From an uncultured Gemmatimonadales bacterium (GTDB lineage: Bacteria; Gemmatimonadota; Gemmatimonadetes; Gemmatimonadales; Gemmatimonadaceae), in NCBI GenBank assembly GCA_963707505.1, contig CAVPQB010000002.1, positions 122,032 to 186,031 on the forward strand: a DNA stretch of 64,000 nt, read 5' to 3'. Below, piece after piece: positions 30,134-41,595 of the stretch. The notes beneath the pieces are model-generated. The model was not told the DNA's origin. It was given only the letters and a program-made list of their open reading frames with translations, and ran no database searches. The translations under genes and the position numbers were made by a program. The first letter of the stretch is position 1. Each line of letters starts with the position of its first letter.

Positions 30134-31254
30134 ATGAACAGACACTTCGACGACGCTCCGATCATGGCTCGACACAGCATTGAACCGCATCGTCCCGATG
30201 ACGATGGTGATGAATTGAGCAACGATACCGGCTCCTCGTTCTGGCGCAGGTTGTTCGTATCGGGCGGGGCGCTACTCGGCGCTGCGGCAGCTTATAACGC
30301 CTACGCCAAGCGCGGCGTCGACAGGATTCCGAATTTCATAGGTGGCGAGGAAGGCGGCTGGAGCTGGCGCGGCCGGCGGATATCGTTCACCAAGCGGGGC
30401 GAGGGGCCCGGCGCTGCTCCTGATCCATGGAATTCACGCGGCGGCATGGTCGTACGAGTGGCGCCACAATGTCGATTACCTCGCCCGCGATCACACGGTC
30501 TACACGATCGACCTGCTCGGCTTCGGCCGGTCCGACCGGCCCGCGATCCGGTACACGCTCGCGCACGTACATCGCTCTCATATCCGACTTTGTCGCGCAG
30601 GTCATTGGCGGACCCTGCATCCTCGTAGCGAATTCGCTCAGCGCCGGCCTACGCGATTATACTGGGAGCGCGTGATCCGCATCGTTTCCCTGCACTGGCG
30701 CTGATCCAGCCGACCGGACTGACGCGTCTCAACGATGCGCCCGGTGTCGGCGGCGACGCGGGGCGCATCGCGATCGATGCACCGGTGGTGGGAACTGCTG
30801 CGTTCAACGCCCTCGTGTCGCGGCGCGAGCTGCGGCATTTTCTGGAAGAGGCCTACGCCGACAACACGCTCGTGACCGACGAGCTGGTCGCACCAGCTAC
30901 GACGTCTCGCATCAGCGCGGGGCGCGACATGCGCCGGCGGCGTTCATCGCCGGCCATCTCAACATCGACGTGCGGCGCGCGCTCCGACGACTACATCAGC
31001 CGGCGCTGTTATTTTGGGGCGAGGAGGCGCAGATCGCGCCTGTCGAAGAGATCCGCGGCTTCCGATCGCTCAAGCCGGACTTCGACGTCCACATCCTCTC
31101 GCCAGCCGGCGATCTACCGCAGGACGAGCGTCCAGACGATTTTAACGTTATCCTATCCACATGGCTGAATCGCCGGTTGCCCTCCTCCGCGCCCACGCAC
31201 GACACGCTCCCTGGAATGCCAGAGGCCTCGCCGCTCACGCCGCCAGTCTTGTAG
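30134..31254 (+). CDS. alpha/beta hydrolase (several frameshifts)
   Basis: Fragments in different frames: LLLIHGIH, IDLLGFGRSDRP, LVANSL, PALLFWGEEA, GDLPQDERP. Confidence 0.8.
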
Positions 31255-31709
31255 ACTCGGCGGGCATTCGTCCGACGAACGCGTCGGCGCGCGCAGCGCC
31301 GTCCGCGCGATCGGTTCGGTTCTACGTTTCCGCAGGATCTGATCGATCGGCCGGAAGGTACCGGCACGGCGGCGACGTATCATTATCGGCACCTGCTTCA
31401 GCTGCTCGACGGTCAAGATCCGGCAGCGCGAAGGGCAATCGCTCGATGCGATCAAGAAGGAAGTGCTGCACACTCACCGGCGACGTGCTGGAGAAGCGCG
31501 TGGCGGGATCGCTCGAGCCCGCACTCGTCGTTCGCGCTGACGAAGTGGCGCTGCAGGGCGACGAGCCGGCCACGTGGCGCCGAGTGCTGGTCGCGGACGG
31601 AATCGAGCTGCACGTGCGCGAGGATTCCGGCGTTGCGCGCGACGATGTCGTGATGGCGATGCGCGAAGCAGTGCGCGCTGCGATCGGAAGGAACGGGCGC
31701 GCGTCGTAG
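31161..31709 (+). CDS. MerR-family HTH regulator (internal compensating frameshifts)
   Basis: SARSVRFYVS, then in neighbouring frames LIDRPEGTGTAATYHYRHLLQLL and REGQSLDAIKKE. Confidence 0.7.
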   Translation: MAESPVALLRAHARHAPWNARGLAAHAASLVDSAGIRPTNASARAAPSARSVRFYVSAGSDRSAGRYRHGGDVSLSAPASAARRSRSGSAKGNRSMRSRRKCCTLTGDVLEKRVAGSLEPALVVRADEVALQGDEPATWRRVLVADGIELHVREDSGVARDDVVMAMREAVRAAIGRNGRAS

Positions 31710-31727
31710 GCGCGGAGACGACCACCA

Positions 31728-31808
31728 GGACGGAGTGCGGAGAGTGCCGTGGGACGGAGTGGCACGGAGCGGGGACATCGGAGTCGGGACGGAGTGGGGA
31801 CGTGGAGT
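31728..31808. repeat. degenerate GGACGGAGT short tandem repeats
   Basis: Exact copies at 31728, 31752 and 31787 plus variants, between convergent genes. Confidence 0.6.
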
Positions 31809-31855
31809 ACGATGGCGTTCGTGAGTGTGATGACGGCAAGCGGGAGTAATGATGT

Positions 31856-32820
31856 TACGGCGCGTTCGACCAGCTCCACCTTCTCCTCCCGATTCCACAC
31901 CGTAACGATGAAACCAATCAGGATTACTCGCGCCGCCCACCAGCGTCGTCCATTTTGGAATCTCGTGAATACCCGGGTAGATAGCGCCGCAGAGTATCGT
32001 TGCGCCCACCGGCTCGCCGAGCATCGTGAGATTGACGATGTAAGCAGGGAGGTGCTCCAGGGCCCAGTTCATTCCCGTATGACCGAGCAGCATTCGGCCC
32101 GAGTGCGAGCGCGACGAATATCATGAGATCGCGCGGTGGTTGAGGCGCGACGTGTATTCCTGAAACAGCAGCTATGCACAGCAGTGTGACGAGCGCAGCG
32201 CTGTACACCAGCGCAACGTAGGACCATGCGCCCAGCCGCGAGCGCAATCTGCGTCCAACAACCATGTACAGCGCGGCTGCAAGCGCGGCGCCTACGGAGA
32301 GCGCGTTCCCCAGCAGCGGATTCGGTGTTGCAACCGTCGCGGCGCCATTCATGAAATCCGGCACGGTTATCGAGATAGCGCCGAGCGTAGCGATGGTCAG
32401 TCCGATAATCTGCCGCCGGCTCGGCGCTTCGTGCGCGATGAAGATCGACAGTATCGCGACGAAGCCAGGCTGAAGACTCGTCACGAGAGTAGTCGACGCC
32501 GCGATCGTCGTGAGATGAAGCGATGCATTCCAGGACCAGAAGTGCAGCGCCAGCACCGCGCCTGCGCCGACGGCGAGGAACCATTCAAAGCGCTTGAGCT
32601 GTGCGAACTGTCTCCACTCGCCGGTCGCCGCAAGCAGCGCGCCGATCACGATCAGCGAGAACGCGATGCGTCCAATGGCGATCGCCAACGGATCTGCGGA
32701 GGACAGTCGCGTTAGCGGTCCGGCGAAGGAAATACCGAGAAGCGATGCGCCAAGTACCCAGCCGGGCGCGATTCGCGGTCCGGCACGCTCGGCGATCGTG
32801 TCGTTAGTCGGGTGACCCAT
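31856..32820 (-). CDS. EamA/DMT transporter (frameshifted; 3' end approximate)
   Basis: LALHFWSWNASL, GNALSVGAAL, then LLGHTGMNWALEHLP...LGEPVGATIL in another frame. Confidence 0.8.
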
Positions 32821-34955
32821 GCGCCAAGATAACAGCACACGGGTCGGTCGCGCTCGACGATACGCCAAAGAGATAGCGATCGAACCACGCCATGTCCTCT
32901 TCCACCTTCCGGCGTTGATGAACGTACTTGCTCGGACTGTGCGCCTCGCCGGGGAAGATGATGTAGCGCACCGGAACCTTGCCAAGCTGCTGAAGGGTTC
33001 GGAAGTACGTCCATCCCTGGCCCGGCGGGACTTGCGTGTCTTCGGTGCCCTGGTAGATGATCGTCGGCGTGCGGACGTTCTGGAACCTGAACACCGGCGA
33101 CTTCTTCACGTACAACTCGGGGTTGTCCCACGGGCTCGAGCCAAAATAATAGTTGTCGTAAGACGCGCCGAAATGAACGTTGCCCCAATCGCTGAACCAC
33201 TCGACGTCGCCGGACGCTGCCGACGCGGCCTTGAATCGTTGGTCTATCGTGGTGAGCTGCGCGGTTAGAATGGCGCCGTAGCTGTGGCCCATGGTGCCCA
33301 GCTTTGCGGTATCGGCAAGTCCGCGTGCGACGACGTACGCGACACCGCGTTCCAGATCCGGAGTCTCGAGATCGTAGATGTTGCCGCAACAGATCGACTC
33401 GACCCAGTGGAGGCCGTAGCGACTGCTGCCGTGGTAATTCACCTGAAGGGTGAACGCACCTTTCTGATTGAACAGAAGACGAGGATATGACCATGTCTGC
33501 TTCCATTCATCGAGATCAGCGAGCGCGGGGCCGCCGTGTATCGTGAGAATCAGCGGATATCGCCTGCCAGGAGTGTACTGGAGAGGATAGGTGAGGATAC
33601 CTTCGACCTGTTCGTCGCGCGCACCCTTCCAGTGGACGATCTCGACCCTGGGCTGCGGCTTGTCGCGGAATGACGGATTGAGGTTGGTAAGCTGAGTATC
33701 CGCTGTGATGTTTGCCCCATCGAGTGTGGCGCCATACAACTGCGGCGGCACATTGGCGCGTGTGTATCTGTACACGAGTGTGCGCGCGTCGGGCGAGACA
33801 TCGATATCGAATGCGTTTGCCGCATGCGATCCTGAAATCAGGGCTCGCGTCCATGTAGCGCTGGTGCCGGTGCCGTGTCTGACGTACCGCGCTGGCTGCA
33901 CGAAGACCCCATTACCTAGATTCGCCACCACCCCATCGGGAGTCGCGCGCAGACCACCAGCCACCCCGCGCGGCCACGAGTGGTCCACGGCAACAGTCTT
34001 GCCGCTGGCCACGTCGTAGTAGTCGAGCGTCTCGATGGTCGCGGTGCGATATCGCGGGCTTGTCGTTGTGTCATTCGTGAAGTAGAAGCCGGCGCCGTCC
34101 GGCGCCCACGTGACATTGTATGGAATGGTGCGCTTGCCGTCGAAGATCACGCGGCTTTCGCCGGTGCGCAGATTCGTCAATCTGGTTATCGACGGAATCT
34201 TCTGATCGTAACCTGCTGAGAGCGATCGCTCGTGAACGGTTATCGCAGTCGAACCGTCGGGCGAGATGGTAAAGTCCTCGATCCAGTCCTTGTTATCAGT
34301 AAGCTGATGGATCTGCTGTGTTGCGACGGCGAGTGAGAAAAGGCGCACAGGCGATTCATGAACTGAATCATCGACTACCCGTGAATCATCCTTTCGGTCG
34401 CGCATCAGGCGCTGGTATGCGGACGGCGCTTCGGCTGCCGCGAATACCATGGTATCACGTGCAGTCCAGACGTAGTCGTCGATGCCGTTCTCCAGCTTCG
34501 TTACCGGCCACGGCTCGCCCCCGCGCACATCGATGATCCACAACTGAGTCGATGCTGCGTGCGAATCGGCGAATCCGTTCGGCAGCGGCCGCGAGCTCAA
34601 GAACGATATCCGCGTTCCGTCGGGCGACCAGTGCAGTGACGATACGGAATAATCACCGCGCGTGAGCTGAAGTACCGTGCCACCATGTGTAGGTGCCACG
34701 TAGACGTTTGCCGCAGCGCGACCTGACACAGTAGCTCATCGCGGTCTGGATCCACGCCACGTTCTGTCCGTCTGGCGAGATGCGAAAGCTGCGCGCATCC
34801 TGCGACAGGAGCAGATCATCGGCGGTCCAGACACGTGGATCAACGTTCGCGCACCTTGCTCGTGTCGAGTCGGTCTCTTGCGCTGTGATTGGCTGCGGAT
34901 GCGCGATGAACAGCGCCGCTGTGGCCATACACAACTTGACAGTTGATTGCGTCAC
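32804..34955 (-). CDS. secreted S9 family peptidase (frameshift near 34730)
   Basis: Signal peptide, SPDG propeller repeats, IHGGP, GHSYG, QGTEDTQVP, FPGEAH. Confidence 0.9.
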
Positions 34956-35013
34956 CGCCGGTTCCTTGTCGAATGCATACCGACCAAAATGATACCAACA
35001 ACTCCTGAATTGC

Positions 35014-35048
35014 AAACGCGGGGCACGCCCTAATGGACGTGCCCCGCG
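35014..35048 (-). terminator. hairpin after susD
   Basis: CGCGGGGCACG...CGTGCCCCGCG with a short A run on the left. Confidence 0.65.
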
Positions 35049-35065
35049 CTCATACCACTCCCGTT

Positions 35066-36457
35066 TTAGTAACCAGGATTCTGCGTTATTCCCGGTGCCG
35101 TATCGATCTCACGCTGTGGGATCGGGAACAGCGTCATGTTCGCGGGTATGCCGAGAGTCGAGGCCGCGACTCCTCGGCGCACGAGATCCGGCCATCTGTC
35201 ACCTTCGAATGCCAGCTCGAGACGACGCTCCTTGTAGATCGAGTTGAGGACGTCAGCCTGAGTGCGTCCAGTGCGCGGATCGGGCGCAAGTCCGGCGCGC
35301 ACACGGGTCTGATTGTACTCGTCCACCGCTTCCGGAAGCTTGTTCATCTGCGCGAGTGCCTCTGCGCGAATGAGTATCACTTCACCCAGGCGGATCACAT
35401 GAACATGCTCCGCGCCGACCGCCGTGGCATATCTGGCAGCGTACACGCGCCTGCCATCGAGACCGATGGAATACTGACCTCTCGCGTCGGCGGGCGCGTA
35501 GGCAGCGATCTTGCCGCCGGATGCGGGATCGAATGCAGAGATGATGCTCGCCGTCGGTGCCACCTCATACCTACCGCCGAGGTTCTTCGTGAGGTAGTAG
35601 TAGCCAACCTCGTTGTACTGAGCGGGTGTGAAGAGCACACGGAAGATGTCTTCCGACGTGGATGTACCGGTCGCCGTGAACAGGTCTGCGAATGTCGGTG
35701 TGAGCGTGTAGCCCATTCCCTCCACCTTCGCCGCAGCTGCTTCTGCGCCGACCCAATCACCCATGTACAGTCTGACGCGAGCATCGATCGCATACGCAGC
35801 ACCGAGCGATGCCTGGGTGGTCTGATTGGTATTGGTGATCAGGGTCTCTGCCTTGCCGAGATCGGCCAGTATCTGCTTGTACACGTCCGTCGGCGTCGAG
35901 CGCGTAATCTGTGCTGCCTGTGTGACCGACGTGACCGGTTCGAGGCGAAGTGGAACACCCCCCCACAGACGGACGAGGTTGTGGTAATCGAGTGCGCGCA
36001 GGAAATACGCCTCGCCCAGGATCTCGTTCTTGTCGCCGCTGGCCATACCGGTGACGTTCGGGACCTTTGTTATGATCTCGTTCACCCGATTTACATCGTC
36101 GTAGATCGCGTTCCACATCGTCGTGACTTCGGCGTTGTCCGCCGTCATCTTGTTCGCGTCACCGTCCGCGTACGCTGTGAGCGTACCGGTTGCGGTACCG
36201 TTGTCGGACACGACTTCCGGGAAGTCGACGTACGACTCGCCGTAGTACGACAGGCTCTGGAGCCCGGCGTACGCGCCGTTCATCGCCGAGTGCGCGCCAG
36301 CAGCATCCGCGATGGCGGTTGCCTCCGGGACTGTGCTGTGTGGTGTCACGTCCAGTATCGAGCTGCATCCCGCGACCGCGAGCGGGAGCGCCATGAGCAG
36401 TAATCTGGGTCGCATCAGTGAATTGGCTCGTGATTGATTTCGCATGTCAGGCCTCAT
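35066..36457 (-). CDS. RagB/SusD family lipoprotein
   Basis: Lipobox VAGC, GEAYFLRALDYHNLVRLWGGVPL, IRLGEVILIRAEA, ERRLELAFEGDRWPDL, QNPGY. Confidence 0.95.
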   Translation of the reverse strand: MRPDMRNQSRANSLMRPRLLLMALPLAVAGCSSILDVTPHSTVPEATAIADAAGAHSAMNGAYAGLQSLSYYGESYVDFPEVVSDNGTATGTLTAYADGDANKMTADNAEVTTMWNAIYDDVNRVNEIITKVPNVTGMASGDKNEILGEAYFLRALDYHNLVRLWGGVPLRLEPVTSVTQAAQITRSTPTDVYKQILADLGKAETLITNTNQTTQASLGAAYAIDARVRLYMGDWVGAEAAAAKVEGMGYTLTPTFADLFTATGTSTSEDIFRVLFTPAQYNEVGYYYLTKNLGGRYEVAPTASIISAFDPASGGKIAAYAPADARGQYSIGLDGRRVYAARYATAVGAEHVHVIRLGEVILIRAEALAQMNKLPEAVDEYNQTRVRAGLAPDPRTGRTQADVLNSIYKERRLELAFEGDRWPDLVRRGVAASTLGIPANMTLFPIPQREIDTAPGITQNPGY

Positions 36458-36459
36458 TT

Positions 36460-39400
36460 TTACCACTCGCTCGAAATGCCGACCGAGTAGGTGCGGGCAA
36501 GTGGATAGGCATAAAAGTCGGTTCCGAGCCCGATGCTCGATTTTGATCCGTTGCTGTTGACGTCGGGGTTGTAGCCCCTGTAGCCGGTGAACGTGGCCAG
36601 GTTGTGGCCAGACACGTACAGTCGAGTGTTGTGGAGACCACCAAGCCACGACACCGATCCCGGAAGCCGGTAACCAACCGTTATCTCCTGAAGACGCGTG
36701 TACGAACCGGACTCGAGCATGCGCGTCGAAACAGTGCGCGCACCGGAAACTCCGTCGAAGCTCGCGCGTGGCTCGCTCGTGATGTCGCCGGGCTTCTGCC
36801 AACGGTTCAATACGTAGTCCAGCTTGTTGTCGTACGCATATCCGCCATCGTCCGCGAACAGACGCATCGCGTTGAAGATCTTGTTGCCACCGCTGAACTG
36901 GAGGAAGCCGCGGAGGTCGAAATTCTTCCACGTAAACGAGTTGGTGAAGCCACCCCAGTAGGTCGGCGAAGCATTGCCGGCCACGATACGATCAGCGGCG
37001 GTGACGGAGCCGTCACCGTTGGTGTCCTGGTAAACCGCGTCGCCAGTCTTCGGATCGACGCCCGTGAACTTCTGAAGGTAGAACGCACCAAGTGGCGCGC
37101 CGACGATCACAGCGTTCACGCTACGAACTCCGCCGAACAGCGGCTGGTTGCCGTACAACGCCGTGACCACGTTCTTGTTGGTCGAGAACGAGAAGTCCGT
37201 GCTCCAGGAAAGATCCCCCGGATTCTTCGCTACGAGATTTTGCGTGGTAAGCTGCCATTCCATGCCGGTGTTCTTAACGTCACCAACATTGTCGAAGAAC
37301 TGCGTGAAGCCGCTCGTGCCCGTGATGGGACGGTTCACCAACAGGTTCGTCGTCTTCTTGCTGTAGTAATCTCCAATGAGCGCGATACGCCCGCTGAACA
37401 TGTTCCAGTCGAATCCGAAGTCGGTTTCCTTGGTCTGCTCCCACTTCAGATCCGGGTTCGCAAAATTGTTCGGCGAGATTCCAGGTGCCGTGCCATAGTT
37501 CGCCGCGCCGAACGTCGCCAGGTAGGCGTAGTTGCTGATGCCCTGATTTCCGGTCACGCCGAAGCTGCCGCGCAACTTGATTGAGCCGAGGCGCGTGAGG
37601 GCGTGGAAGAACGGCTCGTTCGTGATTACCCACCCGGCAGAGATCGCCGGGAACGTGCCGTACTTGTTGTTCTGACCGAATCGCGATGATCCATCCTTGC
37701 GCAGACTCGCGGTGAGCAGGTAGCGATCCAGGAAGGAGAAGTTGGCGCGCGAGAAGTACGACACCAGATTGTTCTGGCTGCGGCTCGCGTCGTAACTCGT
37801 TATGCTCGCCGCGCTTCCCGCATCGTGCAACTCCGGACTGCTGAACTGCTCGCCACGCAGGAAGTTGAGCTCGTCGTTGTTGCGCTCCGTGCTGGCGCCG
37901 GCGGTCAGCGTGTAGTTGCTGTTTGCGCCGATCCTGCCGTTGTACGTAAGGAATCCTTCTCCCAGAAAACGGTTGCCGGTGCTGTAACCGGACTTGCCTA
38001 TGCCGTTGGCACTCTGTGCATAGGTTCCAAGCACCAGCGGCGACTCCCAGTCGCGCTCGTGCAGATTGAGAACATCCGCACCGGCACGTCCGGTGAATAT
38101 CAACGAATTGGTGAGAGTGTATTTCGCCTCCACGTTCGCCAGGGTGCGCTGCGTGGTTGTCGGCGAGCTGTTGTACGTTGCAAGCGCAACACTGTTCGGA
38201 TATTCCAGGCCGTCGTCCGGATTCGTGAACGTGCCATTCGCATTGCGCACGGGGAACTGCGGCTGGTTGCCGATCGCGTTTGTAACGATTCCTGTCAGCG
38301 ACCCGTCGCCCTGGATTCGATAATTCTGCTCGTGAGTGAGTCCGACCGAAGTGCTCACGGAGAGACGATCGGTCGCGTCGAAGTCCAGATTCGCGCGAGC
38401 ATTGGCCCGTTGATACGATGACCCGATGACGATTCCCTTCTGATTGAAGTACGTGCCGGACACGTAGTACTTCATCCTGTCGCTTCCGCCTGACATCGCG
38501 AGATTCATATTCTGAATCGGCGTCTGGCGGAAAATCGCGTCCTGCCAGTTGGTATTCGTCGTGTCGTCGACACCAACGACCAGGCCGTAGTCGGCGGGAT
38601 CGTACCCGTCGTTTACGGCACCTTCAGCCATGTATGCGACGTACTGCTTCCCGGTCAGCATCGGCAGCTTCTTCGATACCTGCTGCATACCGGTGTAAGC
38701 GTCGAAGCTGATGCGCGCCTTTCCTGCCTGGCCGCGCTTGGTAGTGATGAGGATGACGCCGTTCGATGCGCGCGACCCGTAGATCGCGGCCGATGCGGCG
38801 TCCTTCAGCACGGTGATGGACTCGATCTCGTCCGGATTGAGTGCGGTGACACCGGTAAGGCCCTGACCGCTGAAGCCAAGTTGCGAGAAATCCTCCTGCT
38901 GGATCGGCACACCGTCAACGACATACAGCGGCTGATTGCTCGCCGACACGGATGACGATCCGCGAATGCGCACCGAGATACCGTTACCGGGGTTGCCGGC
39001 GTTCTGTGTCACCTGCACTCCGGGCACCTTGCCCTGCAGTGCTGCATCGACTCCTGACACCGGAGTGTTCACGATGTCGGAGCCACTCACGGTGCTCAAT
39101 GCGCCGCTCACGTCTCGCCTGCTGCTCGAGCCGTAACCGATCACGACTACCTGCGAAAGCGAAGTCGCGATCGGATGCAGCGCGAAATCGCCGTTCGCGG
39201 TGACTCCTGCACCAACCGTTATCTCATGCGTCACCGGCGCGAAGCCGATACGCTGTGCGCGCACGCTCACGGTCGACGCGTTAACACCTCTGATCACGTA
39301 CACACCCAAATCGTTGGTGATCGCGCCAAGCGTCGTCCCAACAACCTGCACCTGCGCACCTGTTATCGGCTGCTGGGTCGATGAGTCACTCACTGTACCT

Positions 39401-39513
39401 CGAATGACTCCCGTCCCTTGCGCCTGCGCCTGCTGCGGCGATGCCGCCGCGAAAAGCGCGACTCCGACAACGGTGGCGATACAGTATCTCCACACGTAAC
39501 TGACAGATTTCAC
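36460..39513 (-). CDS. SusC/RagA family TonB-linked outer membrane protein
   Basis: LQGKVPGV, PLYVVDGVP, VLKDAASAAIYGSRASNGVILITTK, NPDLKWE; GGAGG RBS before GTG 39513. Confidence 0.96.
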   Translation of the reverse strand: MKSVSYVWRYCIATVVGVALFAAASPQQAQAQGTGVIRGTVSDSSTQQPITGAQVQVVGTTLGAITNDLGVYVIRGVNASTVSVRAQRIGFAPVTHEITVGAGVTANGDFALHPIATSLSQVVVIGYGSSSRRDVSGALSTVSGSDIVNTPVSGVDAALQGKVPGVQVTQNAGNPGNGISVRIRGSSSVSASNQPLYVVDGVPIQQEDFSQLGFSGQGLTGVTALNPDEIESITVLKDAASAAIYGSRASNGVILITTKRGQAGKARISFDAYTGMQQVSKKLPMLTGKQYVAYMAEGAVNDGYDPADYGLVVGVDDTTNTNWQDAIFRQTPIQNMNLAMSGGSDRMKYYVSGTYFNQKGIVIGSSYQRANARANLDFDATDRLSVSTSVGLTHEQNYRIQGDGSLTGIVTNAIGNQPQFPVRNANGTFTNPDDGLEYPNSVALATYNSSPTTTQRTLANVEAKYTLTNSLIFTGRAGADVLNLHERDWESPLVLGTYAQSANGIGKSGYSTGNRFLGEGFLTYNGRIGANSNYTLTAGASTERNNDELNFLRGEQFSSPELHDAGSAASITSYDASRSQNNLVSYFSRANFSFLDRYLLTASLRKDGSSRFGQNNKYGTFPAISAGWVITNEPFFHALTRLGSIKLRGSFGVTGNQGISNYAYLATFGAANYGTAPGISPNNFANPDLKWEQTKETDFGFDWNMFSGRIALIGDYYSKKTTNLLVNRPITGTSGFTQFFDNVGDVKNTGMEWQLTTQNLVAKNPGDLSWSTDFSFSTNKNVVTALYGNQPLFGGVRSVNAVIVGAPLGAFYLQKFTGVDPKTGDAVYQDTNGDGSVTAADRIVAGNASPTYWGGFTNSFTWKNFDLRGFLQFSGGNKIFNAMRLFADDGGYAYDNKLDYVLNRWQKPGDITSEPRASFDGVSGARTVSTRMLESGSYTRLQEITVGYRLPGSVSWLGGLHNTRLYVSGHNLATFTGYRGYNPDVNSNGSKSSIGLGTDFYAYPLARTYSVGISSEW

Positions 39514-39623
39514 GAGCGTTCCTCCGGTAAAAGTATCAGACCAGCACTGTGACGATGTTGAACACGACACTCGGCGCTCATTACGGCACGCACGAACGTT
39601 GTGTTGAGATTGGAACACGGAGA

Positions 39624-40616
39624 TCATCCTCCTCTCGATGGAAGTGTTGCCTTTCCGGTTCTCGGATTGAAGGTGCTTCCAGCTGGTAGTACGGAAACGT
39701 GCATGCCCACAGCGCCAAGCCTCGGCGCACCTGGTGGAGTGACGGTCGCGTTGCGTGCGTCGAACACGATCGCCGCGCTCGCGCCGAGCACCTGCCAGTG
39801 TCCGTCGGGATAAACCCGGAGCGCAGTGCCCTCGTCGATGCCGACGCCGATGAACGATGGCCGCTCGAGTATCACGCTGATCAACCGGTTCTCGCGCATG
39901 CGCTTGATGAAGTGCTGATCGACGATCGCGTTGTGCAGAAACCCGAGGCCGGGAATGACCTCGATGATGTCCCGTCCGATACGCTTGGATGAATTCCCCG
40001 AATCAACCGCCGCCTTCATTCCGGGGAAAAACTGATTGCCGGTGAGCATCGAGTCGCTCATGATGGCGGCGCCCGCAGACGTTCCGCCAATGACCGCACC
40101 CGCGCGATAACGCTCGTGGATGGCGCGCAGTGCCTTCGATCCCTGCAGCGCCCGGGTGATCCGCACCTGATCGCCGCCGGGAAACCAGATTCCTGTGGCA
40201 GTGCCGATCAGCTTCACTATCGAATCCGCGTCAGCCTGAGCGCGCGTTATGTCGATCACGAAGGACTGCGCGCCCATGCTATCGAGCTGCGCCTTCTTTT
40301 CCGGACCGGTTGTCGTATCCTCGCTCGCCATAGGAAAGATCGCAATGCGAGCGTGACCCGGCCCGCCGGCGAGCGCGATGAACTCCGTCACGAGTGACTC
40401 TGGCTGAGTGCCGCCGCCAACGATGAACAGATTACCCTTCACCGCCTGTGATGCCGTGGCCTGCGCAGTCGCTGCAGTCATCGGAGCGACGAGCGTCGCG
40501 CATGCGAGCGACACCGCGCACATCATGCGGCGTGAAGAACGCGGAAGTACCGTTGTCGAGCGAGCTCGAACCGTGGTGCACGTACTTGTTGTGTGGAACT
40601 GGCCCATATCGTTCAC
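39624..40616 (-). CDS. cyanophycinase-like serine peptidase (S51), with signal peptide
   Basis: FIVGGG, WFPGGDQ, GGTSAGAA, VDQHFIKRMRENRL, GIDEGTA; hydrophobic leader ending ATAQ. Confidence 0.88.
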   Translation of the reverse strand: MNDMGQFHTTSTCTTVRARSTTVLPRSSRRMMCAVSLACATLVAPMTAATAQATASQAVKGNLFIVGGGTQPESLVTEFIALAGGPGHARIAIFPMASEDTTTGPEKKAQLDSMGAQSFVIDITRAQADADSIVKLIGTATGIWFPGGDQVRITRALQGSKALRAIHERYRAGAVIGGTSAGAAIMSDSMLTGNQFFPGMKAAVDSGNSSKRIGRDIIEVIPGLGFLHNAIVDQHFIKRMRENRLISVILERPSFIGVGIDEGTALRVYPDGHWQVLGASAAIVFDARNATVTPPGAPRLGAVGMHVSVLPAGSTFNPRTGKATLPSRGG

Positions 40617-41473
40617 CGTGTTGTTGCAGTTACGCGCGATTTTCTTGCGCTCAGAGGCGTCGCTACAGATTCGCGCTTGCGTGTGATGGTCGGCGCGTCG
40701 AGCATTGCCTGAGTGGCGCCAAGTCGCCGCGAGATCCGATCGGCCGCACTGCGCACGGGGTCGACCATCTCGCGTAAGACATTCGGTCTCAGCCGCACAC
40801 TCGGCCCGTTGACACTGATCGCCGCCACGACCGTTCCGAAGTGATTGCGTACCGGCGCCGCGAGCGCCGTGAAGCCGACTTCGAGCTCGTCTGCTGCGAT
40901 CGCGTATCCCTGCTCGCGCACCTGCGCAAGCTCGCGGTCCAGCTCCCGTCTCGACACCACCGTCCTGGGCGTGCGCTTGGTGAGTGGTGCGTGTTCCGCC
41001 GGCTGAGTGAAGGCGAGCAGCACCTTCCCGGTGGACGTCGCGTGCGCGGGCCAGCGCATTCCGAGCTCGGGCGTGCCGCCGAGTATGAAATGCCCCTGCA
41101 GCTCGCTGATGATCAGGGTTTCATGTCCGACGAGTACCTCGAGCGTCATCGTCTCGCCGGTCAGCTCAACCAGCTGGACCAGCTCGTCGTGTGCTGCGGC
41201 GCTCAGATCTGTCGAGCCGAGCGCGGAGGTGCCGAGCGTTATGAGCTCAGGTCCGAGACGATACGCGCCACTCGCCGTATTTCGCACCACCATCCCTTCG
41301 GCTTCGAGCGCGCCAAGCAGCCTGAATATCGCGGCCTTGTTGATGCCGAGCAGCAGGGACAGATCCGTTACGCCGTAGCCCTGCGTGGCGCCGGCCATCG
41401 CCTTGAGAATGGCGATCGCCCGCACGACGGCCTGGGTGCCGGGAGGGGTCTGGGTATTGGAACGCTGTTTCAT
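40613..41473 (-). CDS. IclR family transcriptional regulator
   Basis: QAVVRAIAILK, YRLGP, HATSTGKVLLAF, VREQGYA...LAAPV; GTGA overlap with the cyanophycinase gene. Confidence 0.93.
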   Translation of the reverse strand: MKQRSNTQTPPGTQAVVRAIAILKAMAGATQGYGVTDLSLLLGINKAAIFRLLGALEAEGMVVRNTASGAYRLGPELITLGTSALGSTDLSAAAHDELVQLVELTGETMTLEVLVGHETLIISELQGHFILGGTPELGMRWPAHATSTGKVLLAFTQPAEHAPLTKRTPRTVVSRRELDRELAQVREQGYAIAADELEVGFTALAAPVRNHFGTVVAAISVNGPSVRLRPNVLREMVDPVRSAADRISRRLGATQAMLDAPTITRKRESVATPLSARKSRVTATTR

Positions 41474-41595
41474 GAAACGCGGTTACAATGTACCCGGGAC
41501 GTAAGATCGTCAAGTACTTATTAATTCTTGCCCGTCTGGATGTCCTGTTTATCCTTGCTTGCCCCCGGTGTCCCCGCCCGCTACTCTCTCGGAAC

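Noticed and set aside
35033..36403. Long antisense ORFs (for example 456 aa opposite susD, 325 aa opposite cls, 350 aa opposite DUF2461)
   Set aside because: Shadow ORFs expected in high-GC DNA; Arg-rich, with no motifs.
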